Part shown: piece by piece, positions 8,323-17,777 of the stretch
How the letters are laid out: every line of letters begins with the position of its first letter
Position numbering within the stretch: the first letter of the stretch is position 1
NCBI GenBank assembly: GCA_029242795.1
Contig: JAQWTH010000008.1
Location: 11,260 to 75,259 of the forward strand
DNA from: Candidatus Pelagibacterales bacterium
GTDB taxonomy: Bacteria > Pseudomonadota > Alphaproteobacteria > Pelagibacterales > AG-422-B15
Direction of reading: 5' to 3'
DNA: 64,000 nucleotides
Program-made: the position numbers and the translations under genes
The notes under the pieces: model-generated
What the model was told of the DNA's origin: nothing
The model's database searches: none
What the model saw: the letters and a program-made list of their open reading frames with translations, nothing else

Positions 8323-9980
8323 ACGAGATCATACATCCAAGTATCATCAGATGAATTCAGCTCATGAATTAGTGGTGCTCCTTGATACATGTTTATTCTT
8401 AACCATTTATCAGATCTAGGATCAAATTTTTGAGCTCCAAAAAAAGATAATTTTAATCGCAACATATCAATTGGGACTAAATTTTCATCAATGGTATTGT
8501 CTTGTATTTCAGAATAAGGAAAATTTTCAACTATGAAACATCTGCGCACAACATGTCTGATATCTTGGTTTAAAAGAAGAAATTCTGCAACAGTACTTGA
8601 TTGATTACTACTTTTTAATTTTTTATACAAGTTGGCAATATCACGAGCGATTGCCAGAGGCTGCTCTAAATCAGAGCCATTCTCTTCATATCGATTTGCA
8701 ATTCTAGGCTCCTCTTTATTTTTAGAGATAAACCAAAAATTAGCCACCGACTCTTTTGTCTCAAAATTTATATCTAGAAATTTAGAATAGTGATTTTCAA
8801 CAATTGATAATAATTCAGATACTTTTTTTTCACCTGGAATATCAAAATGCTGATCTTCTTCTGAGCTCATTTTTGCCACCAGGGGTTCAATAATAGAGTC
8901 ATAAGGCTCCATCATCATTGAAACAACATACTCAACTCCTTCATCACTCAAGTTTAATTCTACATAATTGTATATGGTATTCCAAAGGTGCTTTTGTTTA
9001 GAGTCTAATTTGGGGAAAAGATCATTGTCTAATTTTTTAAGATCTTGCTTTAATTGTTCAATCTTTTCATTTTGATATTCACTTTCAGTTATCCATGAAT
9101 TTATATTTTTTTTTGATCGATCAAAACACGATTTAAAAAATTCAAAATCCTCTGTATTTACATTTTCAATTTGGCGTATTTGTCTGAGGGCTTCTTCTCT
9201 TGAAAAAATCCAATTATGTAAAAGTGTTGGATGATTTACAATAAAGGGAGCCATTCCTAGGCCAGTAGAGTTTCCTATACCTAGATTACGTGCAATATCA
9301 TGACTTAACTCAACAGCTTTTTGAGGGTTTTTACATTTTGCAATGTGATTAACTTGATCAAATGTAAATTGTCTTACTAAGTACACTAGCATCATTTCTA
9401 ATCTAAATGGGCCACAAATCTCTGGACGATCTTTAATTCTATATCGATCTGCCAGTCCAAATTTTCCAGAGCCATACACCGCAGTAGTTCTGTATAAATA
9501 TCCTACTTCATTGACCAATTTGCTATCCGGCTGCATTCCTGCAGCTAGACGTTGAATAACATGATCAAATATTCTCACTGATTTATTAGCTCTCGATAAA
9601 GTTAACTCTTTGTAAGAAACTCTGCCCACTTCCTGCTTTGGTACATTTTCTCTTAATCGATCTAAATCAGATTGAGTGGGTACTCCATCATGAAGAACAA
9701 AAGCTGCATCCCATTTAGTGGCAATTACTCGATCAGATCGCTCGTCAGACTTTAATTCATTAGCGAAGCAAACCAACGAATAGGTTCGTTCACCATTGTT
9801 AACAGAATAAACAGCTGAACCATATCCCTGATCACTTAAATCAAATATATTTCTCTCAAACTTCCAATTTTTAAATTCACGAATGAAACTTCGAAGAAAA
9901 GATAACTTTGATTGGTGAAAAGATCCCAGTCGAGATAGAGTCATAATCTTCTTTGGATCTCTGTGCTCTACTTTAAACAT
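8319..9980 (-). CDS. Hypothetical protein, 553 aa, no recognisable domain
   Basis: Long uninterrupted ORF with a 2-nt gap after the upstream M19-like gene. No P-loop, Rossmann motif, TM segment or signal peptide recognised. Soluble, charged composition. Confidence 0.7.
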   Translation of the reverse strand: MFKVEHRDPKKIMTLSRLGSFHQSKLSFLRSFIREFKNWKFERNIFDLSDQGYGSAVYSVNNGERTYSLVCFANELKSDERSDRVIATKWDAAFVLHDGVPTQSDLDRLRENVPKQEVGRVSYKELTLSRANKSVRIFDHVIQRLAAGMQPDSKLVNEVGYLYRTTAVYGSGKFGLADRYRIKDRPEICGPFRLEMMLVYLVRQFTFDQVNHIAKCKNPQKAVELSHDIARNLGIGNSTGLGMAPFIVNHPTLLHNWIFSREEALRQIRQIENVNTEDFEFFKSCFDRSKKNINSWITESEYQNEKIEQLKQDLKKLDNDLFPKLDSKQKHLWNTIYNYVELNLSDEGVEYVVSMMMEPYDSIIEPLVAKMSSEEDQHFDIPGEKKVSELLSIVENHYSKFLDINFETKESVANFWFISKNKEEPRIANRYEENGSDLEQPLAIARDIANLYKKLKSSNQSSTVAEFLLLNQDIRHVVRRCFIVENFPYSEIQDNTIDENLVPIDMLRLKLSFFGAQKFDPRSDKWLRINMYQGAPLIHELNSSDDTWMYDLV

Positions 9981-9982
9981 AC

Positions 9983-10966
9983 TTAATTAATGTAATCTTT
10001 ATAAAAATTAAACCAGTTGTTTCCTAAAATTAATTTTATTTCTTTATCATCAAAACCAACTGATTTTAAGCCTTTCTCAAGATTTTCAAAACCCCGAGCG
10101 TCTTGAAACCATGAGGGTTGGTCAGGAAATGCTGCATTTGATGCACTCCCTTCCCCAAAATCTTTTGTTTTAGTCCATGTACCGTTTCTCATCCATTCCA
10201 CAACAGAGTCAGGCTGCTTTAGACATAAGTCAGATCCAATTCCAACTTGTGTTACGCCCATTATCTCTGCTGTTTGCGCAACCATTGAACAAAAACTATC
10301 AAGAGTACAATTCGTTCCATTAAGGAGATGATGAGGATATAAAGATAATCCAAGCATTCCTCCGGATGCACCAAGTTCTTTTAACAGTTCGCTTGATTTA
10401 TTTCGACGAGCAGCATGCCAAAAAGCTGGGTTTGCATGAGTAATAGCAATCGGTTTTTCAGATAATTCTATTGCGTCAAAAGTAGATTTCTCAGCAGAAT
10501 GCGACATATCAACTACCACACCAATTCTGTTCATTTCTTTAATCACTTCTTTGCCCATACGAGTAACTCCACTGTCATTTTTTTCATAACATCCAGTGGC
10601 CAAAAGTGACTGATTATTGTATGTGAGTTGCATAAATACAGCGCCAAGCTGATGGATCTTTTCAACTAAATATATATCATCTTCGATTGGAGAGCAGTTT
10701 TGGAAGCCAAAAAAAATAGCGGTTTTACTTTCTTCTTTTGCTTTCTCAATATCTTTAAAAGTTTTGCCATGTAGAATTAAATCTGAAAACTGATCAAAAT
10801 ATTGATCCCAATCAGAAATATTCTGCTGAAGCTCATCAAAGTCCTCATGATAAGCTATAGTGACATGAACAGCGTCTAGCCCAGCATCTCTATTAATTTT
10901 AAAGATTTCTTCAGACCAATTACAATACTGTAAGTTATCAATTTTATAGTTCAAAATTTGATCCAT
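9983..10966 (-). CDS. Renal-dipeptidase (peptidase M19)-like amidohydrolase, atypical N-terminal metal motif
   Basis: 327 aa. M19-like blocks include QLGAVFMQLTYNNQS, EMNRIGVVVDMSHSAEKS, IAITHANP, VGIGSDL and ILGNNWFNFY. The usual N-terminal DGHND-type motif is not visible; the sequence reads KIDNLQYCNW. Confidence 0.75.
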   Translation of the reverse strand: MDQILNYKIDNLQYCNWSEEIFKINRDAGLDAVHVTIAYHEDFDELQQNISDWDQYFDQFSDLILHGKTFKDIEKAKEESKTAIFFGFQNCSPIEDDIYLVEKIHQLGAVFMQLTYNNQSLLATGCYEKNDSGVTRMGKEVIKEMNRIGVVVDMSHSAEKSTFDAIELSEKPIAITHANPAFWHAARRNKSSELLKELGASGGMLGLSLYPHHLLNGTNCTLDSFCSMVAQTAEIMGVTQVGIGSDLCLKQPDSVVEWMRNGTWTKTKDFGEGSASNAAFPDQPSWFQDARGFENLEKGLKSVGFDDKEIKLILGNNWFNFYKDYIN

Positions 10967-11161
10967 GATATATTTATATTATTAAATTCAATGAGATAAA
11001 CCAATTATTTTCTAAGAATAAGGCTTTTTTTTTATTAAAAAAATAAAAAATTTATTTTTTCGATCTTAGTGGTTGAGTCTAGACGTGTATATGTTTTTCA
11101 GCTACCATTTCTTAACAATTTAGGATTTTGTTCAAAAATATATTATTCCTTAGGAGGAAAA

Positions 11162-12634
11162 ATGACTGATTTAGAAGTGCACGTCAATCAACCAGGTCGT
11201 GACAAACTGGTAAAAGCGGTTCGAGAAAAAATAAATGAATTAGGCATTACTTACATTTACTTTCAATTCATTTCAGTAACTGGTCGAATAGTTGGAAAAG
11301 GAATTCCAGCTGCCCATTGGGAACGAACTGCAGAAAAAGGGTTTCAGCTTGTATATGGCTCAACAGCCAATTTATTTATAGATAGGCACGGTGATTACAT
11401 TGGATATGGACCTGAAGCTATGGAACTAGTAGGTATTCCTGACCCAGAAACTTTTGCGCAACTCCCCTGGGATAAGAGAGTGGCAAGAGTGTATTGCACT
11501 TGTTTTAGAAATAGAGAAGAAAGAGAAAATCCAGGTGGCCACCTAACTGCTGATTGTCGAGGAAATTTACGCATCCATCATAATGAATTTAAAAAGAAAC
11601 ATGGAGGTATGCAATTAAGAGTTGGAACAGAGCCTGAAATGATGTGGTTGAAAAGAGATGAGAAAGGCGCTCCAACGGGTGAAGGATTCTCAAAACCTTA
11701 TTGTTATCACATTGATCAATTCGAATCTTTGAGACCTGTTTTCATGAAAGTGATTGAGTATTCGAATGCTATGGGACTTGATATGATTCAAGGTGATCAC
11801 GAAGATGCCCCTGGTCAGCTTGAATTGAACTGGATGTTTGATGATGTTTTAAGGAATGCAGATCGTCTTTCTACCTATAGACAAATATGCGCTCAGGTTG
11901 CGCGTGAACATAATTTGATAGCTTGTTTTATGACTAAACCATTCATGGGAGTGTCCGCTAGTGGATGTCACACAAACATGTCTTTGTGGACTGGTGGTGA
12001 AGATAAAGTTAACAAACTTGGTCACAAAACAATTCCAGGTGCTGACGATGTATTTAGTTATATTGAAGGAGGAGAGAACTTATTCATGCCTGATACTGAT
12101 GATCAGCAGATGCCAGGAAAAGTAGGTTTACAAGCAATTGGAGGAGTTATGAAACATCTCGGCGCTTTAACTGCTATTGGATCTTCAACTGTGAATTCAT
12201 ATAGACGTTTATGGGACCAAGGATTTTGGGCACCTGTTTACGCTGATTGGGGTTATCAGAACAGAACCTGTGGACTAAGAGTTTCTGCGCCTGGAAGATT
12301 TGAGTATAGGTCTGTTGATTCAATGCATAACCCATACTTAATGGGATCAGGATTACTTGCAGCTTTTGATGATGGCATTACAAATGAAATCGATCCAGGT
12401 AAACCTGAAAATACAAATATGTATGAAGCAGTTGCCGCTGGAAAAGATGTTAAAAAACTACCGCTAAGTCTTGGGGAAGCGTTAGATCGTCTTGATGAAG
12501 ATGAGACAATAAAGGGAGCGATGCCTGACGAGATGTATAAAGTATTTAAGCATTATAAACGAGATGAATGGGAAAAATTCCTAGGTGCTACTACTCAATG
12601 GGATCTTGATACTTATCTAGATTGCTTACCATAA
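11162..12634 (+). CDS. glnT: Glutamine synthetase-family enzyme (GlnT / gamma-glutamylmethylamide synthetase GmaS-like)
   Basis: Start placed at ATG 11162, preceded by AGGAGG; the GTG-extended ORF from 11069 was rejected. GS-fold motifs: GTEPEMMW, DHEDAPGQLELNW, CHTNMSLW and NSYRRL. Followed by glxBCD-type genes. Confidence 0.85.
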   Translation: MTDLEVHVNQPGRDKLVKAVREKINELGITYIYFQFISVTGRIVGKGIPAAHWERTAEKGFQLVYGSTANLFIDRHGDYIGYGPEAMELVGIPDPETFAQLPWDKRVARVYCTCFRNREERENPGGHLTADCRGNLRIHHNEFKKKHGGMQLRVGTEPEMMWLKRDEKGAPTGEGFSKPYCYHIDQFESLRPVFMKVIEYSNAMGLDMIQGDHEDAPGQLELNWMFDDVLRNADRLSTYRQICAQVAREHNLIACFMTKPFMGVSASGCHTNMSLWTGGEDKVNKLGHKTIPGADDVFSYIEGGENLFMPDTDDQQMPGKVGLQAIGGVMKHLGALTAIGSSTVNSYRRLWDQGFWAPVYADWGYQNRTCGLRVSAPGRFEYRSVDSMHNPYLMGSGLLAAFDDGITNEIDPGKPENTNMYEAVAAGKDVKKLPLSLGEALDRLDEDETIKGAMPDEMYKVFKHYKRDEWEKFLGATTQWDLDTYLDCLP

Positions 12635-12655
12635 ACTTTAGAAAAGGGAAATAAC

Positions 12656-13597
12656 ATGTGTGGAATAGCTGGTCTAATTCATAAGAATAAAACTGTAAAT
12701 ATTGGACAGGAACTTCAAGACATGCTCCAGGCTCTAAAACATAGGGGTCCAGACTCAACTGGTTTTGCACTATATGGTGAAGGACATGATGATAATTTCA
12801 TAATGCGATTTAAAGTAGGAGAAAATGTTAAAGAGGGAAGTAGCGCTGTAAATGAAGGTAGTGAAATTTATGATTCAAGAAAAGCACAAGTTGATAAATG
12901 TCTTATTGAACTTGGTGCTGAGGTTGTCAGCGAAGAACAAATTACGCCTTACTCATTTAAGTATGTATTAAAGTACGATGAAGACTTAATGGAATTTTCG
13001 AAAAAAATTGAAAGTGTTGAGATGACTGAAATTTTATCAATTGGAAAAAGTCTTGAGTTGGTAAAAGATATCGGTGATGCAGGTGTTGTATCAGAGCAGT
13101 ACGGATTAAATAAGATTAAGGGAACTCATGGTATCGGACATACAAGAATGGCCACAGAGTCAGGAGTTGATATTCGTTCAGCACACCCATTTTGGGGATA
13201 TCCATTTAGTGATGTATCTGTGGTACATAATGGGCAATTAACAAATTACTGGAATAATCGAAGAGCTTTAGAAAATAAAGGTATGAGATTTATGTCTGAG
13301 TGTGATTCAGAATTAATTGCCGTTTATCTTGCAGAAAAAATGAGAAAAGGAATTTCTTTAGAGGAGGGAATGAGAGACTCTTTATCTGAGTTGGATGGAG
13401 TATTTACTTACTTAGTTGCGACAAAAGATTCTTTAGGAATGGCTAAGGATACTATGGCTGCAAAACCTATGGTTTTGTATGAATCAGATGATTTAATTGC
13501 TCTAGGATCTGAGGAAATTGCAATTCGAACACTGCTTCCTCAAGAAATAGACACATATGATCCATATGATGGAGAGGTAAAAGTATGGCAGATCTAA
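12656..13597 (+). CDS. glxB: Class-II (Ntn) glutamine amidotransferase-like subunit (GlxB / N-methylglutamate synthase MgsA-like)
   Basis: Starts MCGIAG (N-terminal nucleophile Cys2). HTRMATES and VVHNGQLTNY resemble the GltB amidotransferase domain. Confidence 0.85.
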   Translation: MCGIAGLIHKNKTVNIGQELQDMLQALKHRGPDSTGFALYGEGHDDNFIMRFKVGENVKEGSSAVNEGSEIYDSRKAQVDKCLIELGAEVVSEEQITPYSFKYVLKYDEDLMEFSKKIESVEMTEILSIGKSLELVKDIGDAGVVSEQYGLNKIKGTHGIGHTRMATESGVDIRSAHPFWGYPFSDVSVVHNGQLTNYWNNRRALENKGMRFMSECDSELIAVYLAEKMRKGISLEEGMRDSLSELDGVFTYLVATKDSLGMAKDTMAAKPMVLYESDDLIALGSEEIAIRTLLPQEIDTYDPYDGEVKVWQI

Positions 13598-14430
13598 AAA
13601 AAGGCTCAAAAGCAGATACAATGGGGCTTCATTCAGAAGCTCTTAAGGGTAGAACTCAGCAGGTATTCTTTGACTCAGAAGCAGCAGAAAATTTTTATTA
13701 TTATGGTGCTTACGATGTAGATTTTAATAAAAGAATTGAAGTTGATGCCCAAGATTTAACGTGTAGGCAACTAAATGAAAACCTTCACTCATTAATGAAT
13801 GAGGGGTACGGAACTGTTGTTGTAAAAAATCCTGCGGGTAAACATAGTTTAGGCGTTGGTATATTAAATAAATTAAATTTAATTTTTGAGGGGTCCTTAG
13901 GATATTTTGGCGTTGGATCAATTGACGGACCTACCGTTCGTATTACTGGAAGAGTCGGATGGTCTTGTGCTGAAAATATGTTAGCAGGTAAGGTTGTTAT
14001 AGAAAAAAATGCTGGATCTTGTTTCGGTGCAGCAATCCGAGGTGGTGACTTGATTTGCAAAGGAAGTGTTGGAGCAAGAACTGGAATTGATATGAAAGGT
14101 GGAACCATTATTATTGGAGGAGATGCAGGTGCATTTACAGGCTTCATGATGCAACGTGGTAGGATTATTATTTTAGGCGATGCTGGAGCAAACCTTGGTG
14201 ACTCGATGTATGATGGAACAATGTTTATTGGTGGCAGCATTAAATCTTTGGGAAGTGACGCTGTTGAAGCTGAGCTAACTAAAGATGATATTTCTTGGCT
14301 TAAAAGAAAATTAAAAGTTGCTGAAATTGGATCAAATTTTGATGTTTCAAAAATGACTAAGGTTGTTTCGGGTAAAAAACTTTGGAACTACGATGCGCTT
14401 GAACCAACTGAAAGAAAAGGAGCTATTTAA
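13585..14430 (+). CDS. glxC: GXGXG-domain glutamate synthase-like subunit (GlxC / MgsB-like)
   Basis: Repeated beta-helix GXGXG-type motifs (GSLGYFGVGS, AGSCFGAAIRGG, GDAGAFTG, GDAGANLG). Overlaps glxB by 13 nt. Confidence 0.85.
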   Translation: MADLKKGSKADTMGLHSEALKGRTQQVFFDSEAAENFYYYGAYDVDFNKRIEVDAQDLTCRQLNENLHSLMNEGYGTVVVKNPAGKHSLGVGILNKLNLIFEGSLGYFGVGSIDGPTVRITGRVGWSCAENMLAGKVVIEKNAGSCFGAAIRGGDLICKGSVGARTGIDMKGGTIIIGGDAGAFTGFMMQRGRIIILGDAGANLGDSMYDGTMFIGGSIKSLGSDAVEAELTKDDISWLKRKLKVAEIGSNFDVSKMTKVVSGKKLWNYDALEPTERKGAI

Positions 14431-14434
14431 GTAT

Positions 14435-15808
14435 ATGGTCAAAAAAAATAAAAATGGAAATGGAAATGGAAAAGTAACTGATAGAAATAAAAGTTTACTT
14501 GGCCAGAATGCAATTTTTACTCCAGAGGTAATGGATGATATTCATATTAAAGCTGAATTAGGTCGATACAGAATGCGTGGAATGGCTTTGATGAAAAAGA
14601 TTCCAACATTTGATGATCTTGTTTTTTTGCCTGGAACCCTTACTCGCTTTGTAATTGAGGGTTATAGAGAAAAATGTGAGACCAAGACCATAATTGGACC
14701 AAATTGTAAAAATCCAATTGATCTTGAAATACCTGTCTATATTACTGGTATGAGTTTTGGTGCACTTTCGTATGAAGCCAAAACCGCTTTAGCTCGTGGT
14801 GCAACAATGGCTGGAAGCGCAACTTGTTCTGGTGAAGGAGGTATGATCCCTGATGAACGCCGTTACTCGCAGAAATGGTTTTATCAATGTATTCAATCAA
14901 GATATGGATTTAATCCTCATCATGCACAGTTAGCTGACGGAATAGAAGTTTTTATAGGTCAAGGTCAAAAAGTAGGAATGGGTGGTCACCTTATGGGCCA
15001 AAAAGTAACTGATCAAGTAGCCGAAATGAGATCGTTACCATCTGGAATAGATCAAAGATCTCCAGCCAGACATCCAGATTGGCTTGGGCCAGATGACCTT
15101 GCTTTAAAAGTTGAGGAATTAAGAGAGCTCACAAATAATGAAATTCCTATTCAATTGAAACTTGGAGCTTCAAAAGTTTATGACGACGTAAGAATGGCTG
15201 CTAAATGTAATCCAGATTCTATTTTCTTAGATGGAATGGAAGGATCAACTGGAGCTGGACCTCATATTGCTGCTGCAAATACTGGTATCCCTGGTATAGC
15301 TGCAATTAGAGAAGCTAGAAGAGCTCTAGATGATGTTGGTAAAACTGGTGATGTAACTTTAATTTATGCTGGCGGAGTTCGCGATGGAGCTGATATGGCA
15401 AAAGCATTGGCATTAGGGGCTGATGCTATTGCGATTGGAACAGCAGCTTTAATTGCACTTAATTGTAATAAGGAAATACCAGAGTCTAACTTTGAAAAAG
15501 AAATGGGTGTTCCTGCGGGCCACTGTTATCACTGTCATACAGGAAGATGTCCTGTTGGAGTTGCTACTCAGGATCCAAAGTTAAGAAAAAGACTTAATCC
15601 CGATGATGCAGCACTAAGAGTTTACAATTATCTTCATACTATGACTTTAGAATGCCAGCTATTAGCTCGAGCATGTGGTAAAACTAATATTCACTCTTTG
15701 GAACCAGAAGATTTAGCGGCTTTAACAATGGAAGCATCCGCATTAGCAAAAGTCCCACTCAGTGGAACTAATCATACTGTTGGTGTAGATGATTTTCACC
15801 GAATTTAA
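14435..15808 (+). CDS. glxD: FMN-binding glutamate synthase-like subunit (GlxD / MgsC-like)
   Basis: Start moved to ATG 14435 (MVKKNKNGNGNG...), just after the glxC stop codon. GltB FMN-domain motifs: ITGMSFGALS, GEGG, LDGMEGSTGA, YAGGVRDG and a Cys cluster CYHCHTGRCPVG. Confidence 0.85.
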   Translation: MVKKNKNGNGNGKVTDRNKSLLGQNAIFTPEVMDDIHIKAELGRYRMRGMALMKKIPTFDDLVFLPGTLTRFVIEGYREKCETKTIIGPNCKNPIDLEIPVYITGMSFGALSYEAKTALARGATMAGSATCSGEGGMIPDERRYSQKWFYQCIQSRYGFNPHHAQLADGIEVFIGQGQKVGMGGHLMGQKVTDQVAEMRSLPSGIDQRSPARHPDWLGPDDLALKVEELRELTNNEIPIQLKLGASKVYDDVRMAAKCNPDSIFLDGMEGSTGAGPHIAAANTGIPGIAAIREARRALDDVGKTGDVTLIYAGGVRDGADMAKALALGADAIAIGTAALIALNCNKEIPESNFEKEMGVPAGHCYHCHTGRCPVGVATQDPKLRKRLNPDDAALRVYNYLHTMTLECQLLARACGKTNIHSLEPEDLAALTMEASALAKVPLSGTNHTVGVDDFHRI

Positions 15809-15822
15809 ATTAGATTGAAGTT

Positions 15823-16239
15823 ATGAAAAAAGTAAAAAAGAAAAGTGTGAAAAAAGTATCTTTAAAGAAAAGAGTTACAAAGTCCAAAACAAAAGAGACT
15901 GCACGCGAGAAAATGATTGGTCAACATATTGGTTATCGGTATGATGTGAATTTATTGCCTGATTATTCAAAAATTACTCCATTCTTAGCAAAATATATTG
16001 AGGCTATGGGATGGGATGATTTAAATTGGTTAGAAGACGTACACATGGGATATGAAGAAGGAAGACCTGCTGTGTTTGATCGTAATGCAAATGGATGGGT
16101 TACGATTCCTAAAAATATAAAATTACCTAAAGATCAACAGGACAGAGACATGATTGCTCGAGAACTTTTAATTAAGTTTCAGATGTCACCAAATCATCCG
16201 TTGGTTGATCTTAAAAAAGCGTATAAAAAAGGGATATAA
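15823..16239 (+). CDS. Hypothetical protein with Lys-rich N-terminus
   Basis: 138-aa ORF 14 nt after glxD. The N-terminal 30 aa are very basic (MKKVKKKSVKKVSLKKRVTKSKTK), followed by a globular-looking region. The true start could be the internal Met (MIGQHIGY...). Confidence 0.5.
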   Translation: MKKVKKKSVKKVSLKKRVTKSKTKETAREKMIGQHIGYRYDVNLLPDYSKITPFLAKYIEAMGWDDLNWLEDVHMGYEEGRPAVFDRNANGWVTIPKNIKLPKDQQDRDMIARELLIKFQMSPNHPLVDLKKAYKKGI

Positions 16240-16394
16240 ATTACTGATAATTATTAGTTATTTTAATTATCATTAGATTCAACGCTTTACATAATTTTCT
16301 GCTAAGTAACTGATTTTATAGGATTCTCATTGATTGTGAATGTCTTGTTAAGCTCTAAGATTATTTCAGGATTAATTATAATGAGGGTAATAAT

Positions 16395-17762
16395 ATGGAA
16401 GATCAGCTAAGCGCTCTTACCACCATATTTACAGAAATGTACTACTGGATCACGGTAGTATTAATGTTCCTAATTCATGTTGGATTCTGTATGTATGAAG
16501 TTGGCGTCTCAAGATATAAGCATCATCAACACACTTTAATGAAAAATACAATGTTGATACCGCTTGTCACAATAACATGGTACTTCTTTGGATGGTGGAT
16601 CTATTCAGCTTTTGTGAATGGACCCTATTTAGCTGAGTCAATTATGGATGGCAATTCTGGCCTACAGCTTGGTGGAGGTTTTGGCGCTAATGATATGGCA
16701 AATCCAATAAGCTCTGTGATGGCAGTAAATTTAGGTGATCATATTAATGGAGTCTTTTGGGCCGCATTCTTGTTATTTTCATGGACCGCGGCATCAATAG
16801 TCTCAGGAGCAGTCATAGAAAGAATAAGGATCAGTGCTTTTGGAATTCTTGCAATTGCTATTGGTTCAGTTTTCTGGACAATAGATGCTTCATGGGGTTG
16901 GCATTTTGATGGATGGATGGTTAAAGTCCTTGGTTATCATGATGCTTATGCATCTGGTGTAATCCACGCAGTCTGTGGCGGATTTGCTCTAGGAGTTCTC
17001 ATTGTTCTGGGTCCTCGTATTGGTAAATTTGTAAATGGAAACCCTGTTAATATAGGTCCAAGAAATCCTTGGTTAGTAACCTTAGGTTTATTTTTAATTT
17101 ATACAGGCTTCTGGGGTTTCTATGCTGCATGTAATGTTCCAATTATTGATTTACAAGGAGAATATGGACTTGAAGGAACATACTTCACAGCGACAAACAT
17201 TTACATAACGCCAACAACGTTAAGTGGAATTACATTTAACTTCCTTATGTCATTAGCTGGTGGATTGTTAGCTGGCTATGTTGTCTCTAAGGGTGATCCA
17301 TTCTGGACTTACTCAAGTGGACTAGCAGGAATTATATGTGCGTCTGCTGGTAATGATTTATATCATCCTCTTCAATCGATGGTCATTGCTATGGTTGGTG
17401 TTGTGATTATGCATAGATTACACTTCTGGGTTGAGCGTCGTTTTAAAATTGATGATGCTGTTGGCGCAGTTGCAGTTCATGGTTATGCAGGAGTTGTTGG
17501 ACTAGTCATATGTGGATTTGTTCTTTGGGGCTATCCTTCCTCTGGATATTGGGATACGCCAATCAATCCAGTAGGGATGATCATTGGAGCAATCATTATG
17601 TTCGGTCTTCTTGGTCTACTTCCAGGATATGTAATTGCAAAAATACTTAATAGTATGGGTAAATTACGTATTCCAAAAGAGGTAGAGCTCGCTGGAATGG
17701 ATTTTGATACAATGGAGGCGGCTAAGAATGACGAAAAAGTCTATGCTGCTGCAGAAAAATAA
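16395..17762 (+). CDS. amt: Ammonium/methylammonium transporter, Amt family
   Basis: 455 aa with about 11 TM segments. Amt signatures: DAVGAVAVHGYAGVVG and FFGWWIYSAF. Confidence 0.9.
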   Translation: MEDQLSALTTIFTEMYYWITVVLMFLIHVGFCMYEVGVSRYKHHQHTLMKNTMLIPLVTITWYFFGWWIYSAFVNGPYLAESIMDGNSGLQLGGGFGANDMANPISSVMAVNLGDHINGVFWAAFLLFSWTAASIVSGAVIERIRISAFGILAIAIGSVFWTIDASWGWHFDGWMVKVLGYHDAYASGVIHAVCGGFALGVLIVLGPRIGKFVNGNPVNIGPRNPWLVTLGLFLIYTGFWGFYAACNVPIIDLQGEYGLEGTYFTATNIYITPTTLSGITFNFLMSLAGGLLAGYVVSKGDPFWTYSSGLAGIICASAGNDLYHPLQSMVIAMVGVVIMHRLHFWVERRFKIDDAVGAVAVHGYAGVVGLVICGFVLWGYPSSGYWDTPINPVGMIIGAIIMFGLLGLLPGYVIAKILNSMGKLRIPKEVELAGMDFDTMEAAKNDEKVYAAAEK

Positions 17763-17777
17763 AAGAAAGGATAAATT

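Noticed and set aside
11069-11161. GTG-initiated N-terminal extension of the GS-like gene (MVESRRVYVFQLPF...)
   Set aside because: The downstream ATG at 11162 has a perfect AGGAGG SD and gives a typical GS N-terminus. The extension lies in AT-rich promoter-like DNA.
10967-11161. Possible glutamine or other riboswitch upstream of the GS-like gene
   Set aside because: I could not find any conserved riboswitch core or convincing stem architecture. There are only A/T homopolymer tracts consistent with a divergent promoter region.
13785-14240. 151-aa minus-strand ORF inside glxC
   Set aside because: It is antisense to the GXGXG-repeat gene and has a Pro/Ile-rich mirror composition. The sense gene has clear family motifs.
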